This document shows, in pieces, positions 22,061 to 31,628 of a DNA stretch of 64,000 nucleotides. Source of the stretch: Alphaproteobacteria bacterium (lineage in GTDB: Bacteria; Pseudomonadota; Alphaproteobacteria; Sphingomonadales; JAKSBY01); assembly GCA_021774625.1 (NCBI GenBank), contig JAJFIV010000033.1:20732-84731 (forward strand). Direction: 5' to 3'. Under the pieces are notes generated by a model. The model worked only from the letters and a program-made list of their open reading frames with translations. It had not been told where the DNA came from and ran no database searches. The position numbers and the translations under genes are program-made. Position 1 is the first letter of the stretch; every line of letters starts with the position of its first letter.

Positions 22061-22207
22061 AAGTCCGGTAGGTTTCCGGGCTTCGCAAAGAGACATCGGC
22101 CCACCCTGCCCGAACGGTGGCTGCGCCGGTGCCTTTTCATCTTGCCTCGCCCCGCTGTCCTTCTATACTCGGATTCGACATAGGCATAACAAGCAGTTCA
22201 AAAAAAT

Positions 22208-23335
22208 ATGACAAAGACAGATCAGCCGATCAAACGGCGGACTTTCCTGAAGGGAACCGGTATTGCCGGGGCAGCGGCGCTGGTCGGAGCCTGCGACAAT
22301 GGCGGCCAGTCCCGGGGGGGCGGCGCCCCCGCCATCGTGACCCGCAAGCGCAATCTGAAAATGGTCACGACCTGGCCAAAAAACTTTCCGGGCACGGGAA
22401 CGGCGGCCGAACGGCTGGCCAAAAGGATCAGGGAAGGAACCGACGGCGCCCTCTCAATTCAGGTTTATGCGGGCGGTGAACTGGTTCCGGCCTTTGGCGC
22501 TTTCGATGCCGTATCCCAGGGCAAGGCAGACCTTTATCATGGTGCGGAATATTACTGGCAGGGCAAATCCCAGGCCTTTAATTACTTCGCAGCCGTTCCG
22601 CTTGGCATGATGGCGACGGAAATGAATGCCTGGATTTACCACGGCGGCGGACAGGAGCTGTGGGACGAACTTTCCGCAGGTTTCAACATCAAACCCTTTA
22701 TGGCGGGTAATACCGGCGTTCAGATGGGCGGCTGGTATAAAAAGGAAATCAGCAAACTGGATGATTTCAAGGGCCTGCGCATCCGCATGCCGGGGCTGGG
22801 CGGCGAGGTGATGAAACGGCTGGGCGCAACACCGGTGACACGCTCGGGCGGGGAAATTTTCCTGGCCCTCTCGCAGGGTAATATCGATGCCAGCGAGTGG
22901 ATTGGGCCATGGAACGATATTGCGTTCGGCTTTCATACCATTGCCGAACATTATTATTATCCCGGCATTCATGAACCCGGCGCGGTATTAAGCGCCGGCA
23001 TGAATAAGGATGTGTGGGAAGAACTCACCCCCGCCCAGCAGAGCATCGTTTCAAACGCCATGGCGGCGGAAAATGACTATACCCTGGCGGAATTCAACCT
23101 GGAAAACGCCAGAGCGCTTAGAGCTTTGCGGGACGAGCATAATGTTATTCCGAAACCTTTTTCTGAGAGAATACTGGCGGAAATGGCCCGGGTATCGCTG
23201 GAAGTTCTGGAAGAAACGGCGGCGCGAGATCCGTTCACCCAAAAAGTCTATGACAGTTTCATGGCGGCCCGGAAGGACGCCATTGACTGGGGCCGCATTT
23301 CCGACCGCGCCTTTGCCGAAGCCCGGAGCAAATGA
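22208..23335 (+). CDS. TRAP transporter substrate-binding protein (DctP superfamily)
   Basis: 375 aa. Twin-arginine signal KRRTFLKGTGIAGAAALVGA. Followed by small and large TRAP permease genes. Confidence 0.85.
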   Translation: MTKTDQPIKRRTFLKGTGIAGAAALVGACDNGGQSRGGGAPAIVTRKRNLKMVTTWPKNFPGTGTAAERLAKRIREGTDGALSIQVYAGGELVPAFGAFDAVSQGKADLYHGAEYYWQGKSQAFNYFAAVPLGMMATEMNAWIYHGGGQELWDELSAGFNIKPFMAGNTGVQMGGWYKKEISKLDDFKGLRIRMPGLGGEVMKRLGATPVTRSGGEIFLALSQGNIDASEWIGPWNDIAFGFHTIAEHYYYPGIHEPGAVLSAGMNKDVWEELTPAQQSIVSNAMAAENDYTLAEFNLENARALRALRDEHNVIPKPFSERILAEMARVSLEVLEETAARDPFTQKVYDSFMAARKDAIDWGRISDRAFAEARSK

Positions 23336-23871
23336 TACGCCTGTCCCGCCTCGCCCGCTTTCTTGACCGCATCAATGAACAGGCCGGGCGCTGGATCAGC
23401 TGGACTGTGCTTGCCCTTGTGGTGCTGCAATTCACCATTGTGGTGCTGCGTTATATTTTCCGCGAAGGTTCGATTATTTTGCAGGAGGCTCTGCTTTATT
23501 TCAATGGCCTTATGTTTCTGGGGGCCTGTGGTTATACGCTGTTGCACAATGCCCATGTCCGGGTTGATCTGAAATATCGGGGCGCGATCAGGCGTTACAA
23601 GGCGCTGGTCAATTTCTGGGGCACGGCCACCCTGCTGATCCCGATACTGGTCCTGAAATGGTGGGTCGGCGTGCCCTATGTTCTGGCCTCCTGGCAGAAT
23701 CTGGAAGGCTCGGCGGAAACCACCGGCATTCCCGCGGTCTTCCTCCTGAAAAGCTTCATCCTTCTCTTCGCCGCCGGACTGACCATACAGGCCATTTCGC
23801 TGATGATCCATTCCTGGCTGCAACTGAAAGGGGTAGAGCATGGCGAGGAAGAAGAAAGCGGGATGGTGTAG
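23332..23871 (+). CDS. TRAP transporter small permease (DctQ-like)
   Basis: 179 aa with four TM helices. The ATG overlaps the stop of the binding-protein gene (ATGA). Confidence 0.8.
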   Translation: MIRLSRLARFLDRINEQAGRWISWTVLALVVLQFTIVVLRYIFREGSIILQEALLYFNGLMFLGACGYTLLHNAHVRVDLKYRGAIRRYKALVNFWGTATLLIPILVLKWWVGVPYVLASWQNLEGSAETTGIPAVFLLKSFILLFAAGLTIQAISLMIHSWLQLKGVEHGEEEESGMV

Positions 23872-23902
23872 GATGACAATAATGCGTTTTTTTGCCTTTC
23901 GG

Positions 23903-24008
23903 CTTCCCCCTCACCCCGGCCCTCTCCCCCACGGGGAGAGGGAGAAAGAAAATAAACAAACGACACCTCCCTCTCCCCGCGGGGGAGAGGGCCGGGGTGA
24001 GGGGGAAG
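23903..24008. repeat. BIME/REP-like element: two inverted 40-bp GC-rich units around an AT-rich 26-bp spacer
   Basis: Unit A (23903-23942) is cttccccctcaccccggccctctccccc-ac-ggggagaggg. Unit A' (23969-24008) is its reverse complement except for one loop base. Each unit holds a 10-bp hairpin (23920-23942 and 23969-23991). The outer 17-27 bp arms can also pair with each other. Confidence 0.8.
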
Positions 24009-24015
24009 CCTGACC

Positions 24016-25617
24016 ATGGATATCCCTGCCATCCTCATCACCCTGATGTTTCTGACCCTGTTCGGGCTTCTTCTGCTTGGCTATCCGGTGGCTTTTACGC
24101 TGGGCGGGGTGGCGCTGTTCTTTGCGATTGCCGGGCTGATCCTCGCCAATGTGTTTGGCCTGCCGGTAGGCGTACTGGATTACGGTTATATCGCGCTGTT
24201 CCCGGACCGTATTTTCGGCATCGTGATGAATGACGTGCTGCTGGCGGTGCCGCTGTTTATCGCCATGGGCGTCATGCTGGAAAAATCCTGCGTCGCCGAG
24301 GATCTGCTGGAAGCCATGGGCCAGTTGTTCGGCGCCATCCGCGGCGGGCTTGGCATCTCCGTCACGGTGGTCGGCGCGTTGCTCGCCGCCTCCACCGGCA
24401 TTGTCGGCGCGACCGTGGTGACGATGGGACTGCTCTCGCTTCCCACAATGTTAAAGCGCGGATATGATCCCGGACTGGCTTCGGGCTCCATTGCCGCCGC
24501 CGGAACGCTCGGCCAGATCATTCCACCCTCCATTGTGCTGGTTTTGCTCGGGGATGTGCTGTCCTCCTCCTATCAGGAAGCCCAGCGCAATCTTGGTATC
24601 TTTTCACCCACGCCGATGTCGGTCGGCGATCTGTTTGCTGGAGCGCTGCTGCCGGGGCTGGGGCTGGTCATGCTTTATATTCTTTATCAGGCCGGCATGG
24701 CGATTTTCCGTCCCGCTTCCAGTCCCGCCATTCCCCGGGCTGAGGGAACCGTTCTGAATATCGCCTTTTACGGCAAGGCTCTCCGCGCGCTGATTCCGCC
24801 CATTGCGCTGATCATTGCCGTGCTCGGCTCGATCCTCAGCGGCATCGCGACGCCGACGGAAGCGGCAGCAGTGGGGGCGGTCGGAGCGATCCTGCTGGGC
24901 GGTCTGCGTTGCGTGCCGGAAAAAGCGCGCCTGGTCCGGGTCTCGGTGATCGCCCTGATGCTGCTGTTCATGATTGGACAGCTCTTCGATCTCCGCTTCG
25001 GACGGGAGGATATCCGCGCCGTCGAGCGGGCGGCGCAGGGAGCGGCCATTCTCCTGACCATCATATTCTTTGCCGGTCTGTTCTCAGCCCTTCGCAACAC
25101 CTGGCGGAGCGGCGTTCTGAAGGAAGTCATGACGTCAACGGTGAAGATCAGCACCATGGTCTATACCATCCTGATCGGCGCGGCGCTGTTTTCCCTCGTC
25201 TTTCGGGGTCTGGGCGGTGACGCGATTATTGAAGCCGCGCTGACAAACCTGCCCGGCGGCAAGATCGGCGCGCTGATTCTGGTCATGCTGGTGATGTTTG
25301 TGCTCGGTTTTTTCCTCGATTTCATCGAGATTATTTTTGTCGTTGTCCCCATCGTCGCACCCGTGCTGCTGATGATGGATATCAGCCCGGTCTGGCTCGG
25401 CGTGATGATGGCGATCAATCTGCAGACCAGCTTCCTCACACCACCCTTCGGTTTCGCCCTTTTTTACCTGCGCGGCGTCGCCCCCGACAGCCTGAAAACC
25501 GTGCAGATCTACAAAGGCGTCGCCCCCTTTGTCCTCATCCAGTTAACCGCCCTTGTCCTTCTCGCCCTGTTCCCCGGACTGGCGACATGGCTGCCCGGCG
25601 TGATTTTCGGGCTCTAA
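24016..25617 (+). CDS. TRAP transporter large permease (DctM-like)
   Basis: 533 aa polytopic membrane protein with DctM-type motifs. Third gene of the TRAP operon. Confidence 0.9.
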   Translation: MDIPAILITLMFLTLFGLLLLGYPVAFTLGGVALFFAIAGLILANVFGLPVGVLDYGYIALFPDRIFGIVMNDVLLAVPLFIAMGVMLEKSCVAEDLLEAMGQLFGAIRGGLGISVTVVGALLAASTGIVGATVVTMGLLSLPTMLKRGYDPGLASGSIAAAGTLGQIIPPSIVLVLLGDVLSSSYQEAQRNLGIFSPTPMSVGDLFAGALLPGLGLVMLYILYQAGMAIFRPASSPAIPRAEGTVLNIAFYGKALRALIPPIALIIAVLGSILSGIATPTEAAAVGAVGAILLGGLRCVPEKARLVRVSVIALMLLFMIGQLFDLRFGREDIRAVERAAQGAAILLTIIFFAGLFSALRNTWRSGVLKEVMTSTVKISTMVYTILIGAALFSLVFRGLGGDAIIEAALTNLPGGKIGALILVMLVMFVLGFFLDFIEIIFVVVPIVAPVLLMMDISPVWLGVMMAINLQTSFLTPPFGFALFYLRGVAPDSLKTVQIYKGVAPFVLIQLTALVLLALFPGLATWLPGVIFGL

Positions 25618-25964
25618 TCCGTCTTTCCCCCCTTCACATGTTTCATCTCTATATTGAGAAAATATCCGATGACGACACGGACGGCGGTGAGGACGGCGAG
25701 ATAGATCAGGTCTTCCTGTGACTGGCTGGTGATGGTTTTAATAATGTCGGCAATGATCAGCACTTCAAGAGAGGCCAGAATATAGCCGCCAAATTCAAGA
25801 CGGCGGGTACTCATATCGAAAGCGCAGCTTGCGGCGTCTTTCATCCGCAGATCTTCACGCAACAGCCGGTAGATGAATTTTCCGGCCCCCAGAACGGCGA
25901 TGACCACGGCAAGAACCTCCATTGCCAGGGCAATCAATTCAAAAATTGCGTGCAGCATTTGCAT
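25614..25964 (-). CDS. Small integral membrane protein (DUF1622-like, from memory)
   Basis: 116 aa from ATG 25964 (MQMLHAIFELIALAMEVLAVVIAVLGA...) with three hydrophobic helices. The longer ORF-track start at 26042 adds an unlikely basic leader. Confidence 0.5.
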   Translation of the reverse strand: MQMLHAIFELIALAMEVLAVVIAVLGAGKFIYRLLREDLRMKDAASCAFDMSTRRLEFGGYILASLEVLIIADIIKTITSQSQEDLIYLAVLTAVRVVIGYFLNIEMKHVKGGKTD

Positions 25965-26086
25965 CGCGCCACCATAACGGCGAAACCGAAAAATTTGTAA
26001 TTTTTTTCGCTCAAGACCCGCCGCTGGAGCATTTTCATTCACCGCCTATTCATGTTTCCGCCATATTCTGGTCATCTGCAGGCCAT

Positions 26087-26111
26087 GGAACTCGGATGTA
26101 ATATAAGCGTT
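26087..26111 (+). promoter_or_regulatory. EcfG-type (general stress response) promoter motif GGAAC-N16-CGTT
   Basis: GGAAC at 26087-26091, 16-nt spacer tcggatgtaatataag, CGTT at 26108-26111. The motif ends 30 nt upstream of ATG 26141. Confidence 0.55.
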
Positions 26112-26140
26112 ACGAGATAGAATCATGAAGAGTTGAGAAT

Positions 26141-26323
26141 ATGAGCTGGTTTGCAAATTTCTTTTATAAGGCCCCGCCCCCTCTGGAAGAGGAATTTCTG
26201 GATGACCCTGTTTTCAGCCGGGTGCTGGAAAATGCCGGGCTCAGCCTTGACGAATATCAGGCCATGCAGCCGGTGAAAATGCGCCGCGCGGCAGACCGCA
26301 GCCGCTTAACACCCGCACAATAA
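26141..26323 (+). CDS. Small acidic hypothetical protein (60 aa)
   Basis: The ORF sits directly downstream of a perfect EcfG-type promoter motif. No recognisable family. Confidence 0.45.
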   Translation: MSWFANFFYKAPPPLEEEFLDDPVFSRVLENAGLSLDEYQAMQPVKMRRAADRSRLTPAQ

Positions 26324-26362
26324 TTACTTTTTGTCCCAGTCTGACGGCCTTCCGGGCAGGAA

Positions 26363-27082
26363 CTATTCAGGCAGAATAATTTCGCCAACCACCGGCAGGT
26401 GATCCGAAGCCCGGCGGGTGATGTTGGTGCGCCACACCGTATGATCGTGAAAATCCAGTTCATCGGTCAGATAAATCCGGTCAAGCCTTGCGCTTGGTAA
26501 ACGGGCATGAAAACTTCTGGGTGACGCCACTTTTGGAAAATAGTCTGTGAGCCTCTGAAAGGGCAAAGCGTCCGGCTGGAAATTATTGACATCCCCCATC
26601 AGAATGGCCGGTGATTTTTTACTGCCATTCAGGCTGTCCAGCACCCGATCCACCTGCCGGGCCCGCTCCCACGGCGTCAGGCCGAGATGGACATTGACCA
26701 CCTTCAATTTATGATCACCGCAGTTGATGACGGCATGCACGGCCGTGCGTGGAGAATGAAAGCGCAGCGAAAGCGGAATATTGCCGCTGTCCTCAATAGG
26801 CAGCCGGGAGAGGATCGCATTGCCGTAATGGGCGTCCGCATGATGGCGGGTCAGCCCCTCCACCACCTGATAACCGGCGGCATGGGACAAAAACTGAAAC
26901 TGGTTGAAATAGCGTTCGCCGCGCTGATGCCAGCCCACCTCCTGCAGCGCCAGGATATCCGCATCGATTTCCTGAATGGCATCAAGAATCCGGTAGGGTG
27001 AAAACCGCCGGTCGGTCCCCACACAGCTGTGAATGTTATAGGTCGCAACCCGAATGGTGCGGCGTTTTTTCTGCTTGTCCAT
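26363..27082 (-). CDS. Endonuclease/exonuclease/phosphatase (EEP) family protein
   Basis: 239 aa. Motifs RVATYNIH, ILALQEV and a C-terminal SDHLPV. Confidence 0.8.
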   Translation of the reverse strand: MDKQKKRRTIRVATYNIHSCVGTDRRFSPYRILDAIQEIDADILALQEVGWHQRGERYFNQFQFLSHAAGYQVVEGLTRHHADAHYGNAILSRLPIEDSGNIPLSLRFHSPRTAVHAVINCGDHKLKVVNVHLGLTPWERARQVDRVLDSLNGSKKSPAILMGDVNNFQPDALPFQRLTDYFPKVASPRSFHARLPSARLDRIYLTDELDFHDHTVWRTNITRRASDHLPVVGEIILPE

Positions 27083-27121
27083 ATCAAGGGCATATAGCCC
27101 TTAATTCCTGAAATCCAATGA

Positions 27122-30100
27122 TTATTCGGCTGGTAACGTTTCGGATGACGGATCGTTATCCTCTGTTTCATAGTTTTTTAATCTGGCGGCGATTGCGCCC
27201 GGTGACTTTGTATAGGGCGCCAGAAGTTTGTAAAAAACCGGAATGACAAACAGCGTAAAGGCGGTGGAGAAAATCACGCCGGAGAAAATCACGACCCCGA
27301 TGGTCATCCGGCTGACGGACCCCGGCCCGGTGGCGAGCACAAGCGGGATGGCGCCCATCGCCGTCGACAGCCCGGTCATCAGGATGGGCCGCAGCCGCAC
27401 CCGGCAGGATTCGAGGATCGCATCGGCAACATCCAAACCCTGATCACGGAGCTGATTGGCGAACTCCACGATAAGGATGCCGTTCTTGGCGGCGAGGCCG
27501 ATCAGCATGATGATGCCGATCTGACTGTAGATATTCAGGGTCGAGCCGACGGCGTAAAGACCATAAAGAGCCCCGGCAACCGCCAGCGGAACCGTCAGCA
27601 TGATGATAAACGGATGGATGAAACTTTCAAACTGCGCGGCAAGGATCAGGAACACCACCAGAAGCGCCAGAGCGAATGTAAAATAGACGGCATCGCCCGC
27701 TTCCTTAAAGTCACGGGATTCGCCTTTATAATCGATACCGGCCGCGCCCGGCATTTCAGCCAAAGTCAGGTCTTCGAGAAATTCCAGCGCTTCGCCAAGT
27801 GGATAGCCCTCATTCAGGCCGGACGATAACGTTACCGCCCGCATACGATTGAAGCGGCGCAATTCGCCTGCGCTTGCGCGTTCCCGCAACGTGACAAGAT
27901 TGGAAAGCGGTATCAGTTCGCCCGACCGTTCCGAGCGGACATAAATATTGCTGATATCGTTGGGATCACTGCGGTCTTCCGCTCCTGCCCGGATAACAAC
28001 ATTATATTCTTCGCCACGATCCTCAAAAGTGGTCACACGCCGGCCGCCCAGCATGGTTTCCAGCGTCCGGCCAATCTCTTGCACCGGGACACCGAGATCA
28101 GCCGCACGGTTGCGGTTGATTTCAACCCGAAGCTGCGGAGTGGTTTCCCGATAATCCGTGTCGGGTTTGGAAAATCCCGGATTGTTTTCAGACGCTTCCG
28201 CTAAAATGTCCCGGAAACGAGCAAGATCCGGATAGGAATCGGCGCCCACGACAAATTCCACCGGATTGTTTGATCCGCCCGCGCTAAGGCCCCGGAACGG
28301 CCGCACAAAGGTCTGTACCCCTGTTATGCTGGAGACCTCCTGCTGGGCAAAGCGGGCGAGTTCCGCCGCGCTGCGTTCCCGATCACCCCAATCGGCCAGC
28401 ACCACAATGCCAAATCCGGTATTCGGCGCTCCCCGCGGAGCGGATGTTATGACCCTGGTCGCATCACCGGATTCGACCAGCGGCATCAGCGCCGCTTCAA
28501 CCTGGAGGAGGTTTGCCTGCAAGCTCTGGAAACTGGCCCCTTCTGCTCCCTGAACGGAGATGAAAAATCCGCCCTGGTCTTCCTCGGGCACGAGTTCCGA
28601 AGGCACTTTTTGCATCAGGGCGGCAATAATGGCTAAGGAGGCAAAAAGGCCCAGGGTAATCAGTATTTTGTTGTTAAAGCATACTCTAAGGCCCGCTTCA
28701 TATGCGCGGCTGCCTGTTTCAAACCAGTTATCCACCTTGCGGGTTAACCAGGATTTCTTCGCTTTACGGCTCAGCAGTTTTGAACACATCATCGGCGACA
28801 GCGACAGAGCGATGAGCGAGGAAAATGCGACGGCCGCCGCCAGCGTCAACGCCAGCTCCCCGAACAGTTTGCCGATGCTGCCTTCAAGAAAGGCAATGGG
28901 CACAAAGACGCCGATCAGAACCAGCGTGGTGGCGATCACGGCGAATGCCACCTGCTTTGCGCCCCGGTAAGCCGCGACCAGGGCAGGCTCCCCTTCCTCG
29001 ACACGGCGGTAAATATTTTCCAGCACCACAATAGCGTCGTCGACGACAAGTCCAATGGCGAGCACCAGGGCCAATAAAGTTAAAAGATTAATCGAGAATC
29101 CGGCGAAATCCATCACCATGAAGGTTGCAATCAGGGCGATTGGCACCGTGACCGCCGGCACCAGGGCGGCCTTAACATTGCCCAGAAAAAGATAAATGAC
29201 AAAAATCACAAGCCCGACCGAGATAAACAGGGTCTTGTAGACCTCGTCAATTGCCGCCTGAATAAAGACCGAGCGGTCATAGCTGTCATAAATGGTCATC
29301 GAAGGCGGCAGGGTTTCGCGGATCCTTTCCACCGCCGCCCGGGCGCCGCGGGAAACTTCCAGCGTATTGGCGTTGGACTGCTTTTCAATCCCGATGCCGA
29401 TCTGCGGGTTGCCGTTGCCGCGGAAGTCCCGGCGCTCTTCCTCGGCCTCAAGGTCAACCCGCGCCACTTCGCCAAGCCGGATAAGATGGCCGTCTTCCCC
29501 CTGTCCAAGCACCAGATTGCGGAAATCTTCCGCCGTTTTATAAGCGCGTTCGACCCGGACCGTAAAATCCCGTTCCAGAGATTCGACCCGGCCGGCGGGC
29601 AGTTCGACATTTTCCGCCCGCAACACCCTTTCGAGATCGGTGACGGTCAGTTGCCGGGCCGCCAGTTCCTGCCGGTCGATCCAGATGCGCATGGCATAGC
29701 GTTTTTCGCCGCCGAGCCTGATCCTGGCAACGCCGTCAACGACGGAAAGCTGATCAACGATATTACGTTCCGCATAATCCGTGAGTTGCAGCCCGTCCAT
29801 AACCGGGCTTTCAAGATTAAACCACATAATCGCCTGGCTGTCGCTTTCCACCTTAAAAATTTCCGGCGGCTCCGCCTCTTCCGGCAGATTGTCAAGTACG
29901 CGGGAAACCCGGTCCCGCACATCATTGGCGGCGGCATCGATATTCCGGTCTATATTAAATTCTATAGTGATATTGGACCGCCCTTCCCGGCTGGTGGAAC
30001 TGACGGACCGGATGCCGGCAATGCCTGCAATCTGGTCCTCAACCTGCTGGGTTACACGCGTCTCGACGATTTCCGCCGATGCGCCCGGATAATTGGTCTC

Positions 30101-30241
30101 GACCGAAACAATAGGGGAATCGATATTGGGAAACTGGCGAATAGGCAGGTCAAAGAAGGACAGCATCCCAAAGGCGATCAACAACAGACTGATCACAGTC
30201 GCGAATACAGGACGCTTGACCGATACATCGGATAAAACCAT
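27122..30241 (-). CDS. RND efflux transporter permease (AcrB/HAE1-like)
   Basis: 1039 aa with the 12-TM RND architecture. N-terminus SDVSVKRPVFATVISLLL. Preceded by an adaptor gene. Confidence 0.95.
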   Translation of the reverse strand: MVLSDVSVKRPVFATVISLLLIAFGMLSFFDLPIRQFPNIDSPIVSVETNYPGASAEIVETRVTQQVEDQIAGIAGIRSVSSTSREGRSNITIEFNIDRNIDAAANDVRDRVSRVLDNLPEEAEPPEIFKVESDSQAIMWFNLESPVMDGLQLTDYAERNIVDQLSVVDGVARIRLGGEKRYAMRIWIDRQELAARQLTVTDLERVLRAENVELPAGRVESLERDFTVRVERAYKTAEDFRNLVLGQGEDGHLIRLGEVARVDLEAEEERRDFRGNGNPQIGIGIEKQSNANTLEVSRGARAAVERIRETLPPSMTIYDSYDRSVFIQAAIDEVYKTLFISVGLVIFVIYLFLGNVKAALVPAVTVPIALIATFMVMDFAGFSINLLTLLALVLAIGLVVDDAIVVLENIYRRVEEGEPALVAAYRGAKQVAFAVIATTLVLIGVFVPIAFLEGSIGKLFGELALTLAAAVAFSSLIALSLSPMMCSKLLSRKAKKSWLTRKVDNWFETGSRAYEAGLRVCFNNKILITLGLFASLAIIAALMQKVPSELVPEEDQGGFFISVQGAEGASFQSLQANLLQVEAALMPLVESGDATRVITSAPRGAPNTGFGIVVLADWGDRERSAAELARFAQQEVSSITGVQTFVRPFRGLSAGGSNNPVEFVVGADSYPDLARFRDILAEASENNPGFSKPDTDYRETTPQLRVEINRNRAADLGVPVQEIGRTLETMLGGRRVTTFEDRGEEYNVVIRAGAEDRSDPNDISNIYVRSERSGELIPLSNLVTLRERASAGELRRFNRMRAVTLSSGLNEGYPLGEALEFLEDLTLAEMPGAAGIDYKGESRDFKEAGDAVYFTFALALLVVFLILAAQFESFIHPFIIMLTVPLAVAGALYGLYAVGSTLNIYSQIGIIMLIGLAAKNGILIVEFANQLRDQGLDVADAILESCRVRLRPILMTGLSTAMGAIPLVLATGPGSVSRMTIGVVIFSGVIFSTAFTLFVIPVFYKLLAPYTKSPGAIAARLKNYETEDNDPSSETLPAE

Positions 30242-30256
30242 CTTCAGCCCTTCTCT

Positions 30257-31345
30257 TTAACCTGCTTCCGGGCGGCCCGGTGACTCTGCATAGGAAAGAA
30301 TGTCGATTTCAACCCCCGGCCTGAGGCGGAAAGTACCGGAAACCACAACCTGATCCCCCTGATTGAGACCCTGAAGAATTTCCACCCAGCCCGGCTTGCG
30401 GCCGCCGGTCGCAACCGTTATCTGCTCCACACGGTTATCCCCCACCACGCGAAAGACAAACTGATTGTCAGCCACCGGAACCAGTGCGGATTCCGGTACG
30501 GCCAGCGCAACCCGCCGGTTGGAGATCAAATCGACCGTCATCAGCATACCGGGACGGATCAGGCCATCCGGATTGGGCAGTTCCGCGCGCACGGTTACGG
30601 CGCGCGTGACAGGATCAACCCGGGAACTGATCGTCTTCACGGTCCCGGTAAAAAGCCTGCCCTGAAAGGTGGCGGCCTTCGTCTGAATTTCCTGCCCGAT
30701 CCGAACTGCTTCAATCAGGGTTTCGGGAACGGAAAAATCAAGCTTGATAATGCTGATATCGTCCAGCGTTGTAATCGCCGTGCCGGGTGTCACCAGAGTG
30801 CCGGGGCTAACGGTGCGAAAACCCAGAATGCCGGCGAAAGGCGCTCTTACAACTTTATCGGCCATCCTGGCCTCTGCCACCGCAAGACGTGATTTTGCCT
30901 CCTGGCGTGCGCGAACGGCCGTATCAAGCGAAGCCTGCGAGGCGTTACCGCGCTGCACCAGTTCCACCACCCGGTCATATTGCTGCTCGGCCTGGCGGAC
31001 ATTGGCCTCGGCCTCGGTCAGTTGCGCCACCTCTTCGGAATTGATCAGTTCCACCAGGATGGCACCTTCTTCAACCGTCATGCCGTCTTCGAAATTGACT
31101 TTTTCGACCGTATCGGCAACGCGGGAGGTCAGCGTCACCGATTCATTGGCCTGCGCCGTCCCCAGGGCTTCAATCACATCGGAAAAATCCTGAGTGCCGG
31201 CGGCGGCGGTGCGAACCTGAACGGCTCCGCCGCCAAAACGCCGGTCCACCTGCTGCTCCTCGGCGAAAAAATAAAGATAAGCGGCCGCTGCAAATACGGC
31301 AGCAAGTATCAGAAGTAGAATGAATGTACCCTTGTTGTGCGCCAT
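30257..31345 (-). CDS. RND efflux periplasmic adaptor (membrane fusion protein)
   Basis: 362 aa with an N-terminal anchor, a coiled-coil hairpin and lipoyl/beta-barrel regions. Lies 15 nt upstream of the RND gene. Confidence 0.9.
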   Translation of the reverse strand: MAHNKGTFILLLILAAVFAAAAYLYFFAEEQQVDRRFGGGAVQVRTAAAGTQDFSDVIEALGTAQANESVTLTSRVADTVEKVNFEDGMTVEEGAILVELINSEEVAQLTEAEANVRQAEQQYDRVVELVQRGNASQASLDTAVRARQEAKSRLAVAEARMADKVVRAPFAGILGFRTVSPGTLVTPGTAITTLDDISIIKLDFSVPETLIEAVRIGQEIQTKAATFQGRLFTGTVKTISSRVDPVTRAVTVRAELPNPDGLIRPGMLMTVDLISNRRVALAVPESALVPVADNQFVFRVVGDNRVEQITVATGGRKPGWVEILQGLNQGDQVVVSGTFRLRPGVEIDILSYAESPGRPEAG

Positions 31346-31628
31346 TACATTATCCGAAGATTCTTAATTTCATTATACGGGCAGAAAAAATAAACCCTTC
31401 GCAAGCCATTCGTCTTTTTTAGCCAAGGCTTCTCAGCCTGCCGTAGCTTTTCGCACTTTATGCCACCTAAATCCTCCGCTTAGCAACCATTTATGATCCG
31501 GGCCGGCCGAAGGACGGATCAGGGGGCACTTCATCAGGCGGACAGTGTTTTATGTTGCGCCGTTTGTTCTTGATAGTTGGTACCAATATATTTATATACC
31601 ATGCAATTATCGATGGAAGGAGCAAAAT

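Noticed and set aside
20594-22096. 500-aa minus-strand ORF
   Set aside because: It is antisense shadow of purA and the end of hisZ. It has no recognisable motifs.
23903-24008. Repeat-spacer appearance considered as a mini-CRISPR
   Set aside because: There are only two units and they are in inverted orientation, not direct. The spacer is AT-rich and there are no cas genes. This is REP/BIME-like architecture.
23676-24041. 121-aa minus-strand ORF containing PSPRGGEGRGEGE
   Set aside because: It is a translation artefact of the GC-rich inverted repeat element in the dctQ-dctM gap.
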